Source of the DNA: a virus
Length of the DNA stretch: 36,871 bases
Virus record (IMG/VR): IMGVR_UViG_3300045988_105062
Direction: 5' to 3' (one strand)
Numbering within the stretch: the first letter of the stretch is position 1; the number at the start of each line of letters is the position of its first letter. Below the pieces are notes generated by a model, which saw only the letters and a program-made list of their open reading frames with translations, ran no database searches and was not told the origin of the DNA. Made by a program: the position numbers and the translations under genes. Of the stretch, positions 8,423 through 17,371 are shown piece after piece.

Positions 8423-8740
8423 TTGACGTTAACAGCAAGGGAATGGCTTTTATTACCTAAATCAGAACAAATGCAAAGAGGAAAAGAACTTTCTCCAGAA
8501 GAATGTTTTAAACTCAGAATGGAATTAAGTGAGATTCATTTCACGGAAGAAGAAAAACAAAAAATGACAAAAGAAGAACGTGAAAGATTTATAAATCCAC
8601 CAAAGAAAACAGATGAAGAACTAGAAAAATATAATAGGTCGACATTTAAAGTTTTACAACAATATTTTAAAATATTACCCGAAGATATTACTTATGAGGA
8701 ATGGATAAAGGAAGGGAAGCCACTTAACAAAAAAGAATAA
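8423..8740 (+). CDS. hypothetical protein (105 aa, TTG start) abutting the ART domain
   Basis: ORF starts at the base after the upstream stop; AT-rich like the ART segment; Glu/Lys-rich. Confidence 0.5.
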   Translation: MTLTAREWLLLPKSEQMQRGKELSPEECFKLRMELSEIHFTEEEKQKMTKEERERFINPPKKTDEELEKYNRSTFKVLQQYFKILPEDITYEEWIKEGKPLNKKE

Positions 8741-8781
8741 AAGATATATAATATACATACAGTAAGGGAGAAACTATTTGA

Positions 8782-9003
8782 GGTGGTAAAGACAGTAATG
8801 CTTATCACGATAAGTCATTAAGCGGTAAGGTATACACAGATATATACAGAGAGCTGAAGAGACAGTTTCAGGTTACTTCCTACAAGTCAATTAAGCGCAG
8901 ACAGTGTGATACAGCAATATCCATAATAGAAGGTTATAGGTTGCCTGTGGTTCTGAAAGAACAGATACAGAACACTAACGCACAGATGAATATGGAGGTG
9001 TAA
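8782..9003 (+). pseudogene. start-less ORF6C-domain remnant (C-terminal fragment of an antirepressor/Bro-type protein)
   Basis: Open frame from TGA (8779-8781) to TAA (9001-9003) has no ATG/GTG/TTG start before codon 70. Encodes VYTDIYRELKRQFQVTSYKSIKRRQCDTAISIIEGYRLP. Confidence 0.5.
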
Positions 9004-9004
9004 T

Positions 9005-9205
9005 ATGTCTGCTAAAATTGATTTTGAGAATGCTTTGTATGAACTGGAACAGACAACAGCAACATTAGGATTTGTTCAGACAGCATTTGCAGAGGGCGAA
9101 TCTCTTATAGATAATGACGAATCTGCAGCAACTATATATATGTTATATTCAAGACAAAGGTCTATAGTGAATAAGCTCAAAGAAGTATTGAATACAATAA
9201 AATAG
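9005..9205 (+). CDS. hypothetical small protein (66 aa)
   Basis: ATG follows GGAGGTG; followed by a terminator. Confidence 0.55.
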   Translation: MSAKIDFENALYELEQTTATLGFVQTAFAEGESLIDNDESAATIYMLYSRQRSIVNKLKEVLNTIK

Positions 9206-9225
9206 ATAATATCATATTGAAATCT

Positions 9226-9253
9226 GGGACGTTCAGCAATGGACGTCCTTTTT
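9226..9253 (+). terminator. intrinsic terminator
   Basis: GGACGT-10 nt loop-ACGTCC followed by TTTTT. Confidence 0.6.
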
Positions 9254-9329
9254 ATATGCCCAAAACTTAATGGCAATAAACTTTAGGAAAATGCCGACGG
9301 GCGGTAAACGGAAGAAAGGAGATAGAGTG

Positions 9330-9986
9330 ATGAGAAAGACATTACCTATGAATTTACAGTTCTTCGCTGAGGGCGGAGATGGTAACGGCGACCAGAACGC
9401 TGGAAGTAACAATAATGGACAGGCAGGACAGCAGGGTGGTCAGAATAATCAGCAGGCGGCTGGAATTGACTATGACAAAATACAGAGCATGTTAGACACC
9501 GCAACTGCCAAGAAGGAAAATGCTGTGCTTAAAAGCTATTTCCAGCAGCAGGGACTATCCGAGGAGGAAGTAAGCCAGGCTATTGCAACATTTAAGCAGA
9601 ATAAACAGCAGCAGGTAGAACAGCAGCAGAACGCTAATGCTAATCTTCAGAATGAAGTAACAACAGCGCAGAAAGATGCTGAACAGGCTCGTATAGAGCT
9701 TGCGGCTACACAGGTAGCAATGACACTTGGTATTAATGCCAAGACACTTCCATATGTGCTTAAGATGGCTGATTTCAGCAAGGCAAAGGGCACAGATGGA
9801 AAGATATCAGAGGACAATGTTAAAGCTGCACTTGAACAGGTTCTAAAGGATGTACCTGCACTTAAGCCAAGCACAGAGAACAATGAGGGATTCCAGATTG
9901 GCGCAGGGCAGCAGACTAATGGCCAGCAGTCTTCTGCAGGTAACAATGTAAACGTTCCTACAAAGAGATGGAACAGATTCAATTAA
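9330..9986 (+). CDS. capsid scaffolding protein
   Basis: N-terminal MNLQFFAEGG motif typical of processed head proteins; Gln/Ala-rich coiled-coil region; directly upstream of the capsid gene. Confidence 0.8.
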   Translation: MRKTLPMNLQFFAEGGDGNGDQNAGSNNNGQAGQQGGQNNQQAAGIDYDKIQSMLDTATAKKENAVLKSYFQQQGLSEEEVSQAIATFKQNKQQQVEQQQNANANLQNEVTTAQKDAEQARIELAATQVAMTLGINAKTLPYVLKMADFSKAKGTDGKISEDNVKAALEQVLKDVPALKPSTENNEGFQIGAGQQTNGQQSSAGNNVNVPTKRWNRFN

Positions 9987-10010
9987 GAAAGGTTAAAAAG
10001 GTAAAATAAT

Positions 10011-11087
10011 ATGCCAAATTTAAATTATGCAGAACAGTGGAGTCCTGAATTATTAGCAATTCTTATTCAGGGCACACTTACATCACCATTTATTACAAAC
10101 AATGTCAGATGGTTAGATGCCAAGACCTTCCATTTTACACAGATGAGTGTAAGTGGTTATAAGAACCATAAGAGATCAGGTGGATGGAACACAGGAGAAT
10201 ATAACCAGAAAGATGTTCCTTACACAGTAACACATGACAGAGATGTACAGTTTATGGTTGATAAGGCAGATGTTGATGAAACAAATCAGACAGCATCTAT
10301 TCAGAATATTTCACACATATTTGAACAGACACAGGTAGTACCAGAGACAGATGCATTATTTTTCAGTAAGGTAGCACAGGCTGCACAGAAGACAGAATTA
10401 TATCATACTGAAACAGCTTCCACAGAATATACATCAGAGAATGTATTTGCTAAGCTTAAGCATATTCTGGCAGCAGGCAAGCTTAGAAGATATAAGGCAA
10501 ATGGAAGCCTCATTACGTATGTATCTTCTGACATTATGGATAAGCTTGAGGTATCAAAGGAATTTACACGTAAGATTGAAATGACACAGATTGCAGAAGG
10601 TGGTCTTGGCATTGAAACACGTGTAACTGATATTGATGGCGTGACACTTATGGAAGTTGTGGATGATGAAAGATTCTATGACAGATTCGATTGGGATGTT
10701 GCAGAGGGCGGCTTTGCTCCGCTTAAGTCAAAGTATACCATAACAACTGATACAGATGTGGTAGAAGCAAAGACATACTACACTAAGAGCGACAGCGCTT
10801 ATACAGTTGTGGCAAAGCCTACAAAGACTAATATAGCCACATATTATGAAAAGACTGTTCAGGGTTCACGCAAGATTAATGTACTTGTTGCATGTGGACA
10901 GACCTGTAAGACAGTACCTAAGATTTCATCTATTTATTTCTTCGCACCAGGAGCACATACAGAAGGAGACGGATATCTTTATCAGAATCGTCAGTTAAGT
11001 GATACATTTGTATTCCCTAATGGCAAGGATGGTAAGGTTGATTCTGTATTCGTTGATGTAGATCCTGCAGAAGAGATTGCAGAGTGA
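10011..11087 (+). CDS. major capsid protein
   Basis: 358-aa ORF after the scaffold gene, with strong RBS context and expected position. Confidence 0.8.
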   Translation: MPNLNYAEQWSPELLAILIQGTLTSPFITNNVRWLDAKTFHFTQMSVSGYKNHKRSGGWNTGEYNQKDVPYTVTHDRDVQFMVDKADVDETNQTASIQNISHIFEQTQVVPETDALFFSKVAQAAQKTELYHTETASTEYTSENVFAKLKHILAAGKLRRYKANGSLITYVSSDIMDKLEVSKEFTRKIEMTQIAEGGLGIETRVTDIDGVTLMEVVDDERFYDRFDWDVAEGGFAPLKSKYTITTDTDVVEAKTYYTKSDSAYTVVAKPTKTNIATYYEKTVQGSRKINVLVACGQTCKTVPKISSIYFFAPGAHTEGDGYLYQNRQLSDTFVFPNGKDGKVDSVFVDVDPAEEIAE

Positions 11088-11091
11088 GCCT

Positions 11092-11466
11092 ATGGTATAT
11101 GCAAGTAAAGAGCAATATCTAAGCGAACATAATACTATTCCAGAAGAACAGATTGAGAAGAGATTAAAACAGGCGAGCCGACACATTGACTCGCTTACTT
11201 TTAATCGTATAACTTCAAGAGGCTTTGATAATCTGACAGAGTTCCAGCAGGCAATAATAATTGATGTATGCTGTGATATAGCTGATTTTGAGTATGAGAA
11301 CGAGGATATGATTAATTGTGTTCTACAGAATTATGCTATTAATGGTGTGTCTATGCAGTTTGGCAGCAGTTGGAATGTGCTTGTACAGAATGGCATTGCT
11401 GTAAAGCGTGATACATACCAGACGTTATGTCAGACAGGCTTCTGTTGTTTAAGTCTGGGGGTGTGA
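11092..11466 (+). CDS. head-tail connector (gp6-like) protein
   Basis: Position and size; ASKEQYLSE...RLKQASRHIDSLTFNRI pattern. Confidence 0.6.
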   Translation: MVYASKEQYLSEHNTIPEEQIEKRLKQASRHIDSLTFNRITSRGFDNLTEFQQAIIIDVCCDIADFEYENEDMINCVLQNYAINGVSMQFGSSWNVLVQNGIAVKRDTYQTLCQTGFCCLSLGV

Positions 11467-11468
11467 GC

Positions 11469-11807
11469 ATGAAATATCCTTGTTTAGTATTAAAGCAGTT
11501 CTGTAAAACAGAAGCACATATTGAGATAGAGCAGGAAGGCAGAAATGTCTATGGAGAGCCTCTTGAACCTGTTATATGGGATGGCTTATGCAACTATCAG
11601 GATAGTGGAAAGACAGTATTAACGGCAGAAAAGGTTCTTATACAACTTGAAGGCTGTGCTTTGATACCTGGAGATATTGCACCAGAGATGTCTCTTATAA
11701 CCCAAGGAGATATAATTGTATCAGGTGAAAAAAGGCATATATATAAAGGCACAAAATGCCGCAATCCTGATGGAACAGTTAATTATACAAGATTGGACGT
11801 GATGTAA
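11469..11807 (+). CDS. head closure / head-tail adaptor protein
   Basis: Position in the connector gene train; abuts neighbouring genes. Confidence 0.55.
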   Translation: MKYPCLVLKQFCKTEAHIEIEQEGRNVYGEPLEPVIWDGLCNYQDSGKTVLTAEKVLIQLEGCALIPGDIAPEMSLITQGDIIVSGEKRHIYKGTKCRNPDGTVNYTRLDVM

Positions 11808-12226
11808 TGGCGAAGAATGTTAAGTCAACAGTTAAGCTTAATATGCCTATGGTAAGGAAGCTTACGGCAGCAGCACAAGTGTCATTAGTACAGACAGCAG
11901 AAGCAATACATACGAATGTAGTTCAAAGTCAGGTAATGCCTAGAGATACAGGTACACTGCAAAATGAAAGCACATTTGTATATACACAGGATATAGCCAA
12001 TGGCAAGGTAGAGCTTATATCAAGCACGCCATATGTAAGAAGGTTATATTATCATCCTGAATATAACTTCCATCAATCACCTTGGGTAGATGATAAAGGT
12101 AAAAGACACGAAGGAAATGCAAATGCCAAGGGCAGGTGGCTCGATGATTATCTTAAAGGTGGTAAGAAAAGAAATTTTGCTCCCGATACGTTTGCTAAGT
12201 TATACAAGAAGAATGCGGGGTTATGA
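11807..12226 (+). CDS. HK97 gp10-like tail/neck component
   Basis: Position; start overlaps the upstream stop (TAATG). Confidence 0.55.
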   Translation: MAKNVKSTVKLNMPMVRKLTAAAQVSLVQTAEAIHTNVVQSQVMPRDTGTLQNESTFVYTQDIANGKVELISSTPYVRRLYYHPEYNFHQSPWVDDKGKRHEGNANAKGRWLDDYLKGGKKRNFAPDTFAKLYKKNAGL

Positions 12227-12627
12227 TGTTAGGAATAGGTGATGTAAGAGATTATATAGCAGGTCTTGGCATTGCAGACAATAATAATGTATATTGCGGC
12301 AAGCTTGACAATAAAAAAGATAAGAGCATAGGAGTATATAATCTTAACAGACAAAGACCACCACAGACTGCTGTAGGAGGTTTAAATAACAGCTCTTATC
12401 GTGTTAAGTCTATAAGTATATTAGTTCATTGGAATACAAGTGTCAGAGACACCGAGAAGGCAGCAGAACAGCTCTATAATATGCTTAGGGATATGAACCA
12501 TATTACAATCAACGATACTAAAGTGTTCTTCACTAAAATGCTGGTTGATGAGCCTGTTGATGTAGGGACAGATGATAAAGGTATCTTTGAGAGTGTAATA
12601 GAATTAGATATTTATTATGAAAGGTAG
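12223..12627 (+). CDS. tail completion protein
   Basis: Position; ATGA overlap with the upstream gene. Confidence 0.5.
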   Translation: MMLGIGDVRDYIAGLGIADNNNVYCGKLDNKKDKSIGVYNLNRQRPPQTAVGGLNNSSYRVKSISILVHWNTSVRDTEKAAEQLYNMLRDMNHITINDTKVFFTKMLVDEPVDVGTDDKGIFESVIELDIYYER

Positions 12628-12635
12628 GTAAAAGT

Positions 12636-13133
12636 ATGGCACAGAATACTAAATTAGCTGGATATAATGCAGGAGCAACACCACTTACTGGCGTTAATCC
12701 GGTACATACAATTCAGTTCGGTGTATGTATAACAGGAAGAAAGAGTACAGATACACCGGAAACAGTAGAAACAAAGGTTGTAAAGGATGCAGAGAGTTTA
12801 AGCATATCTGTAGATGGAACAATTGAAGAATGGAATCCAATGGACCAGGCAGGTTGGACAAGAAGACTTACAACAGGCAAATCACTTGGTATGACTATGG
12901 GCGGCAAGCGCAATTATGGTGATGAAGGTAATGATTATATTGCAAGTCTGGCTTTAAAGACAGGACAGGAATGTAATACCTGGGTTTCAATTATTTTCCC
13001 AAACCTTGACCAGCTTCTTATCCCAGCAGTTATAAATGTAACTTCCCTTGGAGGAGACTCAACAAGTATTGATGCACTTGAATGGGAAGCACAGAGTGAT
13101 GGAAAACCGACATATATTCCATATACAGAATAA
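12636..13133 (+). CDS. major tail protein
   Basis: 165-aa ORF immediately upstream of the chaperone pair and tape measure. Confidence 0.7.
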   Translation: MAQNTKLAGYNAGATPLTGVNPVHTIQFGVCITGRKSTDTPETVETKVVKDAESLSISVDGTIEEWNPMDQAGWTRRLTTGKSLGMTMGGKRNYGDEGNDYIASLALKTGQECNTWVSIIFPNLDQLLIPAVINVTSLGGDSTSIDALEWEAQSDGKPTYIPYTE

Positions 13134-13156
13134 AAAAGAAAGAGAGAATTTGAATA

Positions 13157-13489
13157 ATGGCAAAGACGGATTTTAAAGTAATAGACATATCAATGAAGAT
13201 TACAAACAAGTTACCTATGGTTCGTATTACTGACGATTTAGTGGTAACTGTGAATAACAGAAAGAACACAATTCTTAATGTACAGGCTATGGCTGCTGAG
13301 GCTGAAAAGAAGAAAGATAGTGACAACGGAATGGGATTTATAACAAAGGCTCTTGAAATGCTTATTGGCAAAGAGGCAGCAGATAAGATAGAGGCTATGG
13401 ATTTACCACTTCCGGAATATAAGGAAATGTATAATGCAATAATGGGTGTTGCCACAGGTACATATGGAGAGGAGAATACACCCTCATAG
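13157..13489 (+). CDS. tail assembly chaperone (G-like)
   Basis: Position between the major tail and tape measure genes. Confidence 0.65.
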   Translation: MAKTDFKVIDISMKITNKLPMVRITDDLVVTVNNRKNTILNVQAMAAEAEKKKDSDNGMGFITKALEMLIGKEAADKIEAMDLPLPEYKEMYNAIMGVATGTYGEENTPS

Positions 13490-13823
13490 TGAAATATATT
13501 ACGACATATATGATGACTGGGAATTGATAGAGTCGAGCTTCCTGTCACAGTATGGCATACGATTGCGGACGGAGGATGATATGTCCTGGTCTGAATTCTG
13601 TTCTTTATTATCAGGAATAATGCCTGAAACACCACTTGGAAGAGTGGTAAGTATAAGGGCAGAGAAAGACATTAAAGTTATCAATAGCTTTACTAAGGAA
13701 CAGAAAAAGATACATGATGACTGGCTTCTGAAGCGTAATAGGAAAATGGTGGGAACACCACAGTATATAGAATATTGGACACGATTACAAAGAGATTTTA
13801 AGGCTGCTTACTCAAAGAAGTAG
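13446..13823 (+). CDS. Gp15-family / T-like chaperone extension, probably expressed by frameshift from 13157-13489
   Basis: YDDWELIESSFLSQYGIRLRTEDDMSWSEFCSLLSGIMPETPLGRVVSIRAEK; no SD before any in-frame start; +1 frame relative to the upstream ORF. Confidence 0.55.
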   Translation: MLPQVHMERRIHPHSEIYYDIYDDWELIESSFLSQYGIRLRTEDDMSWSEFCSLLSGIMPETPLGRVVSIRAEKDIKVINSFTKEQKKIHDDWLLKRNRKMVGTPQYIEYWTRLQRDFKAAYSKK

Positions 13824-13834
13824 GCAGTTTTTTT
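13804..13834 (+). terminator. intrinsic terminator overlapping the gene end
   Basis: CTGCTTACT-6 nt loop-AGTAGGCAG followed by T7. Confidence 0.65.
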
Positions 13835-13853
13835 GTGCCAGAAAGGAGGGAGA

Positions 13854-16580
13854 ATGTCAGATACAGTAGGACAGATAGCTCTGGAGCTTGGCATAGACAG
13901 CTCACAGATAGTTAATCAGCTTACAGGAGCTTCTAATAAGGCAGCTAAGCAGGCAACAACTATCTTTTCTGGGCTTGGTAAGAAGATAGCTGCAGGACTA
14001 AGTATAGCAGCAGTTACTAAGTTCACGAAAGACTGTATAGAAGTTGGTTCAAATGTCACAGAAGTGCAGAATGTAGTTGATACAGCATTTAAGGACTTAA
14101 GCTGGCGGGCAGACCAGTGGGCTTCCAATGCTATGACTAACTTCGGCTTATCGGAATTATCGGCTAAGAAGTACATGGGTGTGTTTGGCCAGATGAGTAA
14201 TGCTATGGGTATTACAGGTAAGGCGGCGCTTGATATGGCTGAAAATGTCACAGGATTAACCGGTGATGTTGCATCATTTTATAATCTTGGGACAGATGAG
14301 GCATATACAAAGCTTAAGTCTATATGGACTGGTGAGACTGAAACACTCAAGGACTTGGGCGTGATTATGACTCAGACCAACTTAGACCAGTATGCACTTA
14401 ATAACGGCTTCGGTAAGACCACAGCCAAGATGACAGAGCAGGAAAAGGTAATGCTACGTTATCAATATGTAACAAGTGCATTATCCAATGCTACAGGAGA
14501 TTTTGTTAAGACACAGGACTCTTGGGCGAACCAGACAAGAATACTTACATTAAGGTTTCAGCAGTTAAAGGCTAGTCTTGGTAAAGGCTTCATAGCATTG
14601 TTTACACCTATTCTGCGTGGATTTAATAGTCTGCTTGCAGGATTGCAGAAAGTGGCAGATGGATTTGCCAGTTTCGTGCAGATGCTTACAGGTGTCGATA
14701 TATCATCCTCTATGGGAAGTATAAGTGCTGATATAGCAGGCATAGGAGATGATGCTGGAGGTGCTGCAGATAATGTAAGTGGAATAGGAGATGCAGCTAA
14801 GAAGACAGCAAAGGATATTGAGAAGTCCCTTGCAGGCTTTGACCAGATAAATAAGCTGACAGAGCCGACGGATGATAGCAGTTCGTCTGGTTCATCAGGT
14901 ACTGGCACAGCATCGGGTTCAGTATCCGCAATGGGTACTAATGTATCTAATGAAATTGGAAAAGCAGGAGATGAACTTAATAAGTTCAAGCAGATAATAG
15001 AAGATATTGCTGCAACATTCAAGGAAGGCTTTAAAAAAGGTTTAGGTACTGACTTTGAGAAAAGCATCAAGAGACAGCGGAAACTGCTTTTAAGCATTAA
15101 AGATAGTCTTATAGATATATTTACAGATAGAAATGTAGTTGATTCTGCGAAGAATTACTTTGACAGCATAGTAATGAATGCCGGCAGGATAACAGGCTCT
15201 TTTGTGAATATTGGTACTTCGATAAGTGAGAATCTGTTAGGTGGAATAGATAAATATTTATCATCTAATAAGGATTTTATTAAGATAAGATTATCTGAAA
15301 TGTTTGATGCAAGGGCTGTATTGTGGAATAAGATTGGTGATTTTTCGGAGTTCCTTTCGCAAATATCTGAAATATTCAGAGGTGATGCAGCACAGGGAAT
15401 ATCTGCTGATTTGATAGGTATTTTTGTTAATCCATTTATAACAATAGTGTCTCTATGTAACCAATTCGTGGCAGATTTGATTTCAACGTTTGTGGACCCG
15501 GTTATCGAAAATACGGATAAAATCAAGCAGGCATTTGAATCAACGCTGGAACCTATTAGGAATGTATTAGATGAGATAACGGCTGTGATTGAAGAAACCT
15601 GTAATAAAGCTGTACAGATGTATGATGAGCATATCTCACCATTATTTGACACTGTAAAAACAGGTCTTAGCGATACATTTGGCAAGCTGTTAGATGTATA
15701 TAATACATATTTTGTTCCGGTACTTAACAACATAGCTGACAAACTAAAAGAAATATGGGGTTCACACATTGAACCTTTGATGACAAAAATAATTGACATT
15801 ATAGGTCATGTTGCAGATGTTATTAAAGTATTGTGGGAGAATATATTGAAACCGGTTATTGACTGGATTGTAGAAAATGTTATCCCTAAATTAGCACCAG
15901 TAATGGACTGGATATCAGATATTGCAACGGAAAAGTTTGGAAATGTAATAGATATTATCAAGGATGTATTATCAGTCTTTGATGATGTATTGGTATTCGT
16001 GAAAGATGTCTTTAGCGGAAACTGGTCGGATGCGTGGAATGATATTGTTAATACATTTAGCGATATATTCTCAACAATAGGCGATATTGCAAAGGGTCCT
16101 ATAAATATGGTGATTGGACTTATAAATGGTATGCTTGACGGATTAGAAAGTGGTATTAACTGGATGGTTCGTAAGGTAAATGGCTTAAGCTTTGATGTGC
16201 CTGACTGGGTACCGGTTATAGGTGGTGACCATTTCGGGTTTGATTTGCCGGAAGTTGGGTTTGGCAGTATTCCATATCTTGCAGAAGGTGGATATGTAAA
16301 ACCAAATACTCCACAGCTTGCAATGATAGGTGATAACAGACACCAGGGCGAAGTTGTAGCTCCAGAGGATAAGCTTATTGATATGGCACAGAAGGCAGCA
16401 GCTATGGCATCAAGTGCTGAATTGTTGTCTGAGGCTATAAGCATTCTTAAGCAGATACTTAAAGTGTTGGAAACATTAGATCTTGATATACAGCTTGATG
16501 GAAAGAGTCTTAAGAAATATGTAGTTGATAAGATAAATGAACATACAAAACAGACAGGAAAATGTGAGATTATAACTTAA
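13854..16580 (+). CDS. tail tape measure protein
   Basis: 908 aa, Gly/Ser/Ala-rich centre, long helical repeats; GAAAGGAGGG RBS. Confidence 0.9.
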   Translation: MSDTVGQIALELGIDSSQIVNQLTGASNKAAKQATTIFSGLGKKIAAGLSIAAVTKFTKDCIEVGSNVTEVQNVVDTAFKDLSWRADQWASNAMTNFGLSELSAKKYMGVFGQMSNAMGITGKAALDMAENVTGLTGDVASFYNLGTDEAYTKLKSIWTGETETLKDLGVIMTQTNLDQYALNNGFGKTTAKMTEQEKVMLRYQYVTSALSNATGDFVKTQDSWANQTRILTLRFQQLKASLGKGFIALFTPILRGFNSLLAGLQKVADGFASFVQMLTGVDISSSMGSISADIAGIGDDAGGAADNVSGIGDAAKKTAKDIEKSLAGFDQINKLTEPTDDSSSSGSSGTGTASGSVSAMGTNVSNEIGKAGDELNKFKQIIEDIAATFKEGFKKGLGTDFEKSIKRQRKLLLSIKDSLIDIFTDRNVVDSAKNYFDSIVMNAGRITGSFVNIGTSISENLLGGIDKYLSSNKDFIKIRLSEMFDARAVLWNKIGDFSEFLSQISEIFRGDAAQGISADLIGIFVNPFITIVSLCNQFVADLISTFVDPVIENTDKIKQAFESTLEPIRNVLDEITAVIEETCNKAVQMYDEHISPLFDTVKTGLSDTFGKLLDVYNTYFVPVLNNIADKLKEIWGSHIEPLMTKIIDIIGHVADVIKVLWENILKPVIDWIVENVIPKLAPVMDWISDIATEKFGNVIDIIKDVLSVFDDVLVFVKDVFSGNWSDAWNDIVNTFSDIFSTIGDIAKGPINMVIGLINGMLDGLESGINWMVRKVNGLSFDVPDWVPVIGGDHFGFDLPEVGFGSIPYLAEGGYVKPNTPQLAMIGDNRHQGEVVAPEDKLIDMAQKAAAMASSAELLSEAISILKQILKVLETLDLDIQLDGKSLKKYVVDKINEHTKQTGKCEIIT

Positions 16581-16595
16581 CAAGGATGTGATGAA

Positions 16596-16946
16596 TTGAT
16601 ATTACAGTGTGATGGACAGGAGCTACCGGCTCCTGTGTCCATCAAAGTGGATGATGAGATAATATGGTCTTCTTCAACCGGACGTGCACTTGACGGAACA
16701 ATGTTAGGTGATGTAGTTGCAAAGAAGAAGACATTATCTATTAGTTGGGGAGTGCTGCAGGAAGATGAAATGATACTTATTAAGAGTAAGCTTGTTGCAG
16801 GGTTCTTTCCTATAACATTCCACGATGATGGACAGGATATAACAATAACAAGTTACAGAGGCACACTAAGCAAAGACGTAATAGGAGAGTTAGATGATGG
16901 CATTTTCTATTATAGAAGTGCAAGTGTGTCAATTATTCAACAATAA
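16596..16946 (+). CDS. small distal tail component (116 aa, TTG start)
   Basis: Position directly after the tape measure gene. Confidence 0.5.
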   Translation: MILQCDGQELPAPVSIKVDDEIIWSSSTGRALDGTMLGDVVAKKKTLSISWGVLQEDEMILIKSKLVAGFFPITFHDDGQDITITSYRGTLSKDVIGELDDGIFYYRSASVSIIQQ

Positions 16947-16959
16947 GGAGAACTAGAAG

Positions 16960-17367
16960 ATGAAAAAGACATTTACAATTAAACAGATTGACAGAATTTC
17001 AGCAGAATTACAGAAGTTACAGAATTCAAAGAAACATTGGCCGGTTAAGGTTAATTATGCAGTTGCTAAAAACCTTAAGGCATTATTGGCAGAATTAGAG
17101 GTATATAATGCTGAAAGAACAAGAATATTAAAGGAAAATGCCTTAAAAGATGAAAGTGGAAACGAAGTTATAAAAGATGGTTCATATCAATTTGCAGAAG
17201 ATAAGGAGCAGGAGGTAATTAAAGAAATTGATGATATGTATAACATTGAAACAGAACTTGATGTGCATATGATTAAGCTGGAAGATGTTAATGAGTGCGA
17301 TTCAGAAGGATATGACGGAACTACATTAGAAGATATTACTGCAATAGAGTTTATGATACAGGAGTAA
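16960..17367 (+). CDS. hypothetical tail-module protein (DUF1617-like)
   Basis: AGGAGAA RBS; position; helical and acidic. Confidence 0.5.
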   Translation: MKKTFTIKQIDRISAELQKLQNSKKHWPVKVNYAVAKNLKALLAELEVYNAERTRILKENALKDESGNEVIKDGSYQFAEDKEQEVIKEIDDMYNIETELDVHMIKLEDVNECDSEGYDGTTLEDITAIEFMIQE

Positions 17368-17371
17368 GTGT

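Noticed and set aside
13030-13635. 201-aa minus-strand ORF, plus other minus-strand ORFs across the structural module (e.g. 3281-3976, 5078-5846, 6458-7287, 9647-9982, 13916-16444, 18625-18984)
   Set aside because: They lie antisense to long, well-supported plus-strand structural genes, lack SD sequences and have low-complexity Ser/Leu/Ile-rich translations. They are shadow ORFs.
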